This document shows, piece after piece, positions 54,371-64,000 of a stretch of 64,000 nt of DNA. The position numbers and the translations under genes were made by a program. The number at the start of each line of letters is the position of its first letter. Position 1 is the first letter of the stretch. The stretch covers positions 45,882,001-45,946,000 of the forward strand of contig NC_087437.1 of NCBI RefSeq assembly GCF_036321535.1, read 5' to 3'. Below the pieces are notes generated by a model. That model did not search any database. It was not told the DNA's origin and was given only the letters and a program-made list of their open reading frames with translations. The stretch is from Camelus dromedarius. Lineage: Eukaryota.

Positions 54371-54889
54371 GATCTTCCTAAATAAGTGATTAACATCAAT
54401 CGATGAGAGTAAAAATCTAATGTTAATAAAAGAAAGTTTTCCTGACAGTTGGTATCTTTAGCGCTTAACTGTAATGGGCGTTAAAAAAAAAAACCTTAGA
54501 GATCTCTAGCCAAGATGTTTGAATTCTTTTTTCTATCTCTTCCTAAGGTACTATGAAAGCACTCATGACTCACCCCTGAAGAATACTGAAATTCCATACA
54601 ATCTGGATGACACAGAATGTAAAAGAATGCTGGACTGTTAAGTGAGGAGGTCTGGAGCTGAACTCTGACAAAGTAGGTGATGTGGCACCACTTCTCTAGG
54701 CCTTAGGTCCTCATGTGAACAATGAATAATGGCAACTATTCAGCTTTGTAATATAGTTCCATGATCTAATTTTAGGAACTCTCCGAGGGTCATTCCAGTT
54801 TCCCCAGATCAAAGTTCTTCACTGCTCTAATTACTTGTTTCTGGCAGTCAGGGAGAATCTTTAGGTCAGGGAGCTGTGACCAGCAAGGT

Positions 54890-55212
54890 ATAGAACAACA
54901 CTGCCAACAGAAATGCAATGCAAGCCACAGTGCCAATGCTAGTCAAGTAGTTAATTTTGATTTTCTAGTAGCCACATGACAAATTTAAAAAGGGGGCAAT
55001 TGATTCTAATAATGTATTTTTATTTAACTCAATATATCTAAATATTATCATTCCTTGAAATCGGTATAAAATTGAGATTTTACTTTTTTAAGTTGTCTTT
55101 AAAATCCACCATACATTTTATATATATATAGCACATTTCAGTTATAACTACTCATATTTCAGGTGCTCAACAGCTACATATCATTAGTGGCCACAACACT
55201 ACCGACTGCAGG
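54890..55212. mobile_element. MER33-like hAT MITE
   Basis: 'ttttctagtagccacat', 'tttatttaactcaatatatctaaatattatcatt', 'atttcaggtgctcaacagctacat...tagtggc'. Confidence 0.75.
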
Positions 55213-57906
55213 TATAGAGGAGGGAGGAGGAAGGCAAGGTAAGGGGAGGCAATGGCAAGGCAATAACGAAAAGGCCCAGGGTATGAACTATCTGCCTTTC
55301 ATAGATGTACACACGAAACTGTACGCCAGTGACGGTGGTGACAGTTAGGAGACCTGCCCTGCTACAGGCAGAAGGACGAATCAGAGAAAGTCTGAATTTC
55401 AAATAAATTTCCACCTCTACGACTGGTAAAAACTACAATGAAAGAGGGGAAAAAAAGCTAGACTTACGTATTATTTCAAAATAAATGCATTATTAACAAG
55501 TATTTACTTTTATAAAAAGCCACTGTCTATTCTATCCTATCCACAATTAGGGGGAGAAAGTGTGTAAGGAATATATTAAAGGACTTTATAAAGCAAACAA
55601 TGTTCAATTCAGATGATTTGCTGTGACTTATTTAGATTCCAAAATTTTAGCCAAAATATAAAATCCCTCCTTTGAGTGAAAACAACAAAAAGCTTAAGTA
55701 AATTTATCATACCACAACCTCTAGATATTTTTTAATGGATATAATTTCTTTTTGTTTCTTAATGGACTCTATAACAATTCTATTCCTTCGTTTTTCCTCA
55801 TGTAAAATAAAGGGCAAGAACTGCTCCCTGTGAGAACCCAGGCTCCGACCCCAGTTCCATCATGCCACAGTTCCTATCTTTCCCACATTAGCAGTACAGA
55901 CACAGTCTCAGAAGACGGAACAGAACTGTGGAAACAAGCCTTGGTTCAGACTTCAGACACTACAATATATTATCTAGGTGATTATAAACAGGAATGATGG
56001 CTCCTCATCTATAAAACAGAGATATTAACAGCCTCACAGAGTGACAGAGACATTTAAATAAGATACCTACTATTTCAGAACATTCAATCATTTTTTCATT
56101 TTTGGTCTGATTTTACTTACTTTTCCATTTATCAAAAATCATTAAAAACTAGTCAAAATGTCTTTTGGTATCTCCTACACATTTAAAATATTTCTATGTA
56201 ATCTAAACTCACAAACCCTTATGCTCTAATACATTTTTTTAAAATATCAGATTAAAATGGACTAATAATGACCCCATCAAACATTTGACTGGAAATGAAT
56301 GTCAGATGCTTCTTTACATAGAGAGAGTGTATGTTGAAGGAAGAAAATCAGCATCTTTACTTAAAAAAATTCTCTGTACAAGAGGAAAACAGTAATCACA
56401 GAGTGGGAGAAAAAAATAGGCATTATGAAGGAACTCTGTTCCAATGAATCAGGAGAAAAATCAAAAGATACGACTAAAATTAACTGGCTTACAGAAAAGA
56501 ACATGAAGGAACAGTATCTGTTAAATCTGGAAATTCCTGTCTTTTACATACCAACCTTCAGTATGTTTGTTTCTCTTTGGAGCAAAAAATTAAAAACTGA
56601 GTTAAAAAAAAAGCATTATTATCCACTAGAAAGATGATGGATCGATGAAAGAAAGGAAGGAAAAAAGGGGTGGGGGGGAAGAGACTCCAAATGGCTTCAA
56701 TACACACATGAAATACACAATGGTTTCAATTTTCATATTTGGCTATATGGCTAATATTAGACCAGGTAGCCCAAACCTAAACATGTCAGAACCTATTAAG
56801 ACTGAATTTAACATAATATGGACAGTTTGAGAAGTTGGAGAAACTTAAAAATAAAGCCAGATAATAATCAATGACAGGACACATTTTGTTTTAACATTAT
56901 ACCCTTCTTATGTGGGGGTATAAGCCCCTGTTCTCACTCCATTCAGGGTTCCTTGAGACAAAAAGAGAGCTATGTTTTACTTCTGGTTGCATGGCGCCTA
57001 TACTAAGAACTTGTAAAACAGACTACAAAATTATTTGAAGCATGAAGATCAATTTTTATATAGTAACAGCAACTCACCATAACAAGTTCTACTATTACAT
57101 TTAACCTAAAGATTAAACCTATATAAGAATCCAAACTTGATTTGCCTTCAAAATGATACCACAATCAGTCAGATTCCATTTTAGACAGTTATATCAGCCT
57201 AACATTCCATAACAAACATCCAATGGTAAAGATACATGCATTCAGTTAAATGCAGCTCCACTGTGTATGTACTCTGCTCTTGAGTTTATCAAGTGTTTTG
57301 TTTATAACAGAAGATAAATCATACATTTTCAAAGAGATACTTGCTCAGACATATGCAAAGGCATAGACCCCTTTGGAAGAAATTCAGCCTGTAGCTATTT
57401 TCAGCTCCATCCATTAAAGGAAAAAAATCCTAAGGACTAAGAGAGTTTTTCAATGTTAACCCTCTTACTATTGAGTTGAAAATTAGTTCTCCAGAGGCAT
57501 AAATTCTCAACCAAAATAAATACTTTACACAATTCTATCTATATGGCTATGCCATTTATTCTTCCCATTTAGTAATACCACTTCAAAACTCACAGGATAG
57601 TGAAAGACAGATGATAAATAATGACAATGAACTTTTCTACAGTGAACAGGACAAATTAATTTATACAAGACATGCTTGAGAAGTGGAGAGCAAAAGGGAG
57701 CAGATCACTCCTCCTCAATATACACCAACACTGCTTCTTGGGAGCTACCTTTTGGTAGGGTTACAGCTCTAGGGTCTTATTCTTAGTCTAGCAAGCCATA
57801 ATTTTCTTTTATCAGTTCTCTTGGGATAATCAAGTTCTAGGAGAACAGATGTTAACAAAATCAATTTATGAATGAGAACAATGATTTACTAATTTACACT
57901 AAGAAA

Positions 57907-58363
57907 TGTAGTTGTCAGTAAACCAGAATATTCATCGATGCAACAGAGGCTGGCAATGCCCAGCCCACATCCTCTGATGTCTCAATTTTCCTTAAGAATT
58001 AGGCCACTTCTTACTGCAACAGGGTCATCTCTGGCCACAGTTAGGGCAGTAGTATTAAGGAGCTGATGTCTTGCCCTTCCTAAAGCGTATCTCCACCCAT
58101 AAGGAAAGGAGTTAGTGGACAAATTACCCCAGCTTTCTTGCCCCTGGAGTGGAACAACTGAGAGGCATGCTCTGTACTGGCTCCCGAAAGTCCCCACATG
58201 ATATGAGTCCCAACTGTCTAAACAGTAACCTACTCTTTAAGGCATCCTATACTGGCCTCCTTATTTTCCTTTTCTTATTTCCCCACAGGAACTTCCTAGG
58301 CTCACCTTTCAAATAAAAATATTATAATCAAGGGTCTGATTCCATGGGAATCAAGCCTGAGAC
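57907..58363 (+). mobile_element. ERVL solo LTR (LTR16-like)
   Basis: 'ccccagctttcttgcccctggagtggaacaactgagaggcatgctctgtactggctccc', 'caaataaa', and end 'gggaatcaagcctgagaca'. Confidence 0.65.
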
Positions 58364-58489
58364 AACTGGTCAGCATAGTTCTATCCTTAGTAGGAAAATC
58401 TTGTTAAATTTAGAAGTTGTGGGACAACTGTAGAATTAGAACAGGAGGCGTAAAAGGACTGGTCAACAAAGTTGATAGGCACAGAAAAA

Positions 58490-60670
58490 GATACAAATGA
58501 GAACTATAGCGAGATACCAGTTCTCACCTATCAGATTAAATATATATATATCCCAAAAGTTCTGATATACACTGTTTGCCAAGTGGGAAAACAGGTACCT
58601 TCAGACATCGCTGGAAGAAATATAACATGACATAATGCCCACAGAAGAGAATTTTGGCAAACTGCCTCAAAATTGCATGTGTATTTATGCTGACATCTAA
58701 AACTTCCATTCTTCAAACAGCTATGCTACATCTATGTAATGGACTACTATGCAGCTATTAAAAAGAATGAGAACCAGCACCATCCACTACTATAAGGTGA
58801 CCTTCAAAATGTTCAGTATTTATTGTATATACATAGGTTTGCTTGTATTTTTTAAAATAGCAATCTAGTTAAACTTGGTTACCTATAAAAGAAGAAATGA
58901 AGAATATATACTGCTTTGAAGTAATATCAGTTTTATATATAATTATAAAACAAGATTAAATCAAGATATTTTAATCCTATATATTAAAAATGAACAAATG
59001 GACCTGATTCTATACCACTGGTAGAAAAATCTGTATTACTGGTAAATAAAGGAAAGAATCAAGAATTTGGTATGTCTTTCCTGTGCAAATTGTGCCAAAG
59101 AGTAACCAAGTACCTGGTGAGGGAAGTTTCTCTTTATAGAAATATTACAGATAGTAAGTTACAAAAGATGACCTAGCCAAATCATTATTAATGGTCACCT
59201 AATATCACAAACAGAGACAAGCATATATTATATGCCCCTTCATGGAATTACTTAGCACCACCTACAAAATATTCTGCCACTCTAACCACCCCCCATAAAA
59301 TAATGCAAAAAATCTGGATCAGATAAGCTTTTAAATCTAACCATCAGTTAACAAAAAATTCAAGGGAAAGAGAGGCATTTTACAATAAGGATGCAATTAA
59401 TATAGAATGAAGAAGCCTTACAAGACAAATTAAAGGGGAAAAATATAATAAAGAAGTAAAAGCATAAGCTTGAACATAGCAACCAATTGTAATGTATGGA
59501 TTTTGTTGTCAACTTGTAAAACCTCAAACTAAATGGACATATGGTAATATTAAGAAATTACTGTCATTACCTCATATCCATTATTAGAAGGCCCACTATA
59601 CAAAAAACAAAACAAAAAACCCCAAAGCCAAACCAAACACCTCACACCACCACCACCACCACACACACACACACACAGTCAAAAACCCTCACAGAAAATA
59701 ACAAGTATTGGCAAGAATGTAGATAAATCAGAACCCTGTCTGTGCACCACTGCTGGGAATGTAAAATGATGCAGCCCTGCAAAGGAAACGGTACAGAGAT
59801 TCCTCGACAAAGTACAACTAGAACTATCATATGACCCAGTAATCTCACTTCTGGTTATTTATTCAAAAGAACTGAAAGCAGGATTTCGAAGAGGTATAGG
59901 CACACCAGTGTTTATTGCAGCGTTATTCATAATAGCCAAAGATGGCAGCAACCCAAAAGTTCACTGATAAATGAATAAAGAAGTTATGGTATATACATAT
60001 ACAATGGAAAACTATTCAGCCTTTAAAAAGTAGAAAATCCTGTCATAAGCTACAACACAGATGAACCTAGAGAACATTACTCTAAGTGAAATAAGCCAAT
60101 CACAAAAGACAGATAATGTATGACTGCACTTATATAAGTCATCTAAAGAAGCCGAACTCATGAAAACAAAAAGTCGTCATTTCCAGTGACTGAGGAGAGG
60201 GAGAAATGGGAGATTTTCGTTCAAAGGAGTATAGCTTCAGTTTTGCAAGATTAAAAAGTTCTAAAGATCTGCTGTACAAAAACATAAACATATTTAGTAC
60301 TACACTCTAGTGTACTCACCGCACATTTTAAAATGGTTAAGGTGGTAAATTTTACGTAATGTATTCCTACTGTAATTTTTAGTTTATTTAAATTCCTTTT
60401 CAAATAAAGAAGTATTTAAAGTGTGATAATGGTATTACTGTACATATTTTAAAATAATCCATATCTTCTAAAGTTACATACTGAAATATTTATGAATGTA
60501 CTCAGGTGATATATTTATTGTCTCCAGAATAACTGGGGGGAGCACAATAATATGGGGACAAAGTGGTTAAATGAAACAAAATTGGTGATGATTGCAGCTC
60601 AATGAGTTCATTATGCCATTCTCTCTACCTTAGCGTGTTGTTTAAAGTTTTTCACAATAAAAAGTTAAAA
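58490..60670 (+). mobile_element. Nested L1s: L1MC/ME-like host interrupted by an L1MA/MB-like 3' fragment (~59565-60381)
   Basis: Insert contains 'aataacaagtattggcaagaatgt', 'gtttattgcagcgttattcataatagccaaa', 'aaatggttaaggtggtaaatttt'. Host text breaks after 'atattaagaaattactgt' and resumes at 'gtgtgataatggtatt'. Confidence 0.7.
59644..59676. repeat. Compound (CAC)n(CA)n microsatellite
   Basis: cacaccaccaccaccaccacacacacacacaca read directly. Confidence 0.9.
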
Positions 60671-62979
60671 TAACAATATACATCTAGGTTCTATCAATGC
60701 AAAGAGATAATTACAGAAAGTACTGTGAAATATTTATATAGGAAAGCTGTAAATCATGGTGACTTTAGGTGCAACTAGAGTTAAAATAACTTGTACCTAG
60801 GCAAGTGAAGAGGGAAAAAAATATTAAGAACCCCTCATGGTTATTATATGAAAAACAAAGCTGAGGGAGGAGGGGTAGTAGAGGTAACTGTTCCCACAAA
60901 GCATTCCTTTACTGAATTTTCAGAGGAAAAAAAAGAGAGAGAGAGAGAGATACTACACTGCACAGGTTTAACCCTGAACACTAAGGTGTTTCTCACGTTC
61001 ATGGGAAAACCACCATTTTGAACCAATTTATCTATAAATTTACTAGCACCTTACGAATGTGTAGAAATGGCTTTGGTGTGCTCAGCCAGCTGTAATCGAA
61101 TTTGTGTAATCTCGCCCTTCATCTTTCACATTAACACACAGATAGAATTAACACTAACATAAACAGACATATATTTCTGGGATCATGACTTAAAAATGAT
61201 TTCAGGGACTTTCAACAAAACTGGCAAATGTGTTTCACATAATCTGATTTAAAATACAATCTATGAGCTGCTCCCCAAACAAAACAAAACAACACGCGGG
61301 CTACGTGCAGGTTTAAAGTCACTTGAGGACAGGCCCTTAGAAGGGAGAGCCAGTGGCATCGCACTTGTCATCTTGACACCCAACAGGCCCATGCAACTGA
61401 TTTCTCATAGGAAATGTGCCAGAAACAGCTAAGACTCCAATAACGAAGAAAAACACACAGGTTTTAGATGTGAACTTCAAACAAAAGCCAGATACTCCAA
61501 ATGCCTAAAATGATTTACCATGGAGCTGCTTACGTGAAACTCTACAGTGCTCCAGAGGAAACAGCAGATTTAACGATGGCTAATGAGCCACCCAAGTACC
61601 ACAGAGAACCCAGTAAGTATTCCATAAATTAGTGAAGAAATACGTCATCCTTTGTGCTAGGTAAAGCCAAAACAAAAATCCTTATTCTTCCCAACATTCC
61701 CCGTTAACTGCTGAGAGGAGGAGGGGTAGGGAAGAGAGAGAGGGAAAAGAACGAGGAAAGGGAGGCTGGAGAAAGTGAGGTCATTTTCTGTCCCACAGTA
61801 AGAATTCAAAAAGACAGTTTAGGTAGAGGAAATCCTTCTCTTATCAACATACCGACAAGTCCATCTTTAATATAAATCATTTCCTAGCAATATTTTCACA
61901 GATAACTTATCTCATTCACTTATCCTGGTTCTAGTCAATTTTTAGTACTTTTTATTTCAGGCTGATTCATCTACAATTTCCCACCAAATTCTATGAGCTT
62001 TAATCAGTTTCTATAGCTTCCTGATTTACTGTTTAAAATAAAAATTTGATTAAGTAAAAATAACTCAAAGTTTTGATAATGCACTATATAAAATATTTTG
62101 TCATATAAAATATTGTTTAAGCAATTAATTCTTAAAAAAAACCAAAAAGTAAAAACTCATTCTATATATTGACCCCCCAAATAGTCATACCATTTAGATA
62201 AGGAATTACTTTTTGTAAGGGAGAATCATTCTGAATTCTAATTAACAGTGATGAGATCACTTAGAATACAGCCAGAATAAACATTAGAAATTTAATCCAA
62301 TTCTGTCATCTAATTTTACAAGAGTACTCGCCAGTCATCCAAGACAGACTCAGCGAAGAGAGCAAAGCCCAACTCCCAGAGCCCAGTGGTCTTTCTGCTG
62401 CATTACACAGTCAACAGATTCTCATTCCACAGAGAAAGGATTCTAAATGATCTCTTTAAACAAATAACAATGGTTCTCCTGAAAATTATTCACTAAAAAT
62501 GGGTAGAATTCTAGCCATTTAACTGCCCATTAACTATAAATATTAGGATAAAGGCAATTGGAGAATTTTATTAATAAGATGGACAAAAACACAAGAGCTA
62601 TATAACTGAAGTTTAACAAGAAAATTTTATTCACAAAATATAGTGCACGTGTTAAAATACAAGATCATCATTATATAGTAATACTTTTCTTTTTTTATAT
62701 CTACATAGTAATACTTTTCATTCTGAAAACATAGCCAAGATAATGGAAATCCTCAAAGAAGCAGTTTTGCTTTTTAAAAAAAAACACCACTAAATAATCA
62801 AACATTATTTTAAGTACCTTAAATTACATACTTTTAAAAACATTTCTTCCACTTGGGAACACATATGTGTATTGTCAAATTGCAAAAAACTTTCAAAATT
62901 CGTAACAGATTCTTAAGAACAAGAGAATAATAAAAAGATCAACTAAAACACTGACATTCGGAGTAGGAGGAATTCTTAC

Positions 62980-63054
62980 CATTGGCAGTGCATTGATGTG
63001 GGGATGTACAACTGAATATCCAGTACCGCCAATCACAAGTTGCTGTTGCTGATG
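62980..63054 (-). other. TBL1XR1: TBL1XR1 5'UTR exon (non-coding, 75 bp; equivalent to human exon 2)
   Basis: Minus strand reads ctttcctttttctcag|CATCAGCAACAGCAACTTGTGATTGGCGG...ATGCACTGCCAATG|gtaagaat, with a strong acceptor and donor. The sequence resembles the mammalian TBL1XR1 5'UTR as I recall it. Confidence 0.85.
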
Positions 63055-64000
63055 CTGAGAAAAAGGAAAGTAAAATATTCAGTGTGCCCTAAAACAAATT
63101 CAGTTTAAAAAATTTCCCACACCAAGTTCTACACGTATGAAATGCTGTTTATTCCCTTAAGGTCCCCATGAGTGAATCTCTTTCTCCCCCTAAGCAGCTG
63201 TTGTCATAAACAACAGCAGCACCTTGTCAGTGTGTAGTACGTGGTGGCACGGAATCTTTACAACATTCCTAAAAAGTTGACACGTGAACAAAATGAGACT
63301 CAAGAGGTGAATTTGCATAAAGGAGGCACTCATCCCCATTCCTCTCAACTCATGGAAATAACCCTGCAATAGGGTCCAGCACAGAAGGTCCATAGTTTAT
63401 GATTATGAGCCATATGGTATAACTTGATATGCTACATATCCTGTTTAATAATAAATAGAAATACACAACTGGTTTTGAAAGTTTCAATCAAAACTTATTT
63501 AATTTTAAATTCTTCAGAGCTTATGCTTTACAGAGTTTACCCAGTCTTCTCCATTGCTGAGTCACAGCACATTATTTTCCAAGAACCTTTTGGTAAACAG
63601 ACGAGTAGTTTTTCACACGTGCTGTCAGAGTGGTGACCCTCAGGTGGAACACTGACCAGTGCAGCCTGCACCGTGTGCCAGCACAGAGTGCACTTGTCTG
63701 TAGGACTACAAGCTGACGCCACAAAAAGCAATGTAGGAGCTTCTCCTCATACACCAAAAAGTGAATTAAGTCAGTAACACCAGGCAAGTACACTGAATAA
63801 CTGCAGAAAGAATTTAATCCCTTGAAGTTTGCTCCCTTCTGATTTTATCTGTAATTGACTGGAACCCTCATTTGTGCTGACTGCCAACTCCAAGGCCACA
63901 CTAAATAACTTCAACACAGCTACACAACTTCCAGGTAGGTGAGCTATAAGAAGACCTAAGAATTAAAATAATGTTTATTAAACACACCACACACTCAACT

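Overview
This window is AT-rich mammalian genomic DNA covering part of the TBL1XR1 gene (LisH/WD40 subunit of the NCoR/SMRT-HDAC3 corepressor) on the minus strand. It holds one 75-bp 5'UTR exon (62980-63054), a ~38.7-kb intron, the start-codon exon (24139-24241) and seven further coding exons down to 6198. All have GT-AG boundaries and splice in frame to 925 nt (308 codons + 1 nt), matching the mammalian TBL1XR1 N-terminus as I recall it. The first exon/promoter lies beyond 64000 and the 3' exons lie before position 1. The rest is intron containing old L1, L2, MIR, MaLR/ERVL LTRs and hAT/Tigger DNA transposon remnants, plus one tRNA-Ala-derived SINE and one young L1 3' end that suggest a camelid genome. 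Nearly all ORFs in the supplied track are spurious. I found no convincing previously undescribed biological system. The best leads are splice-created uORFs just upstream of the start codon, several candidate cassette/poison exons, some enhancer-like motif clusters and retrotransposition scars. Repeat family names are from pattern recognition, and repeat boundaries are approximate.
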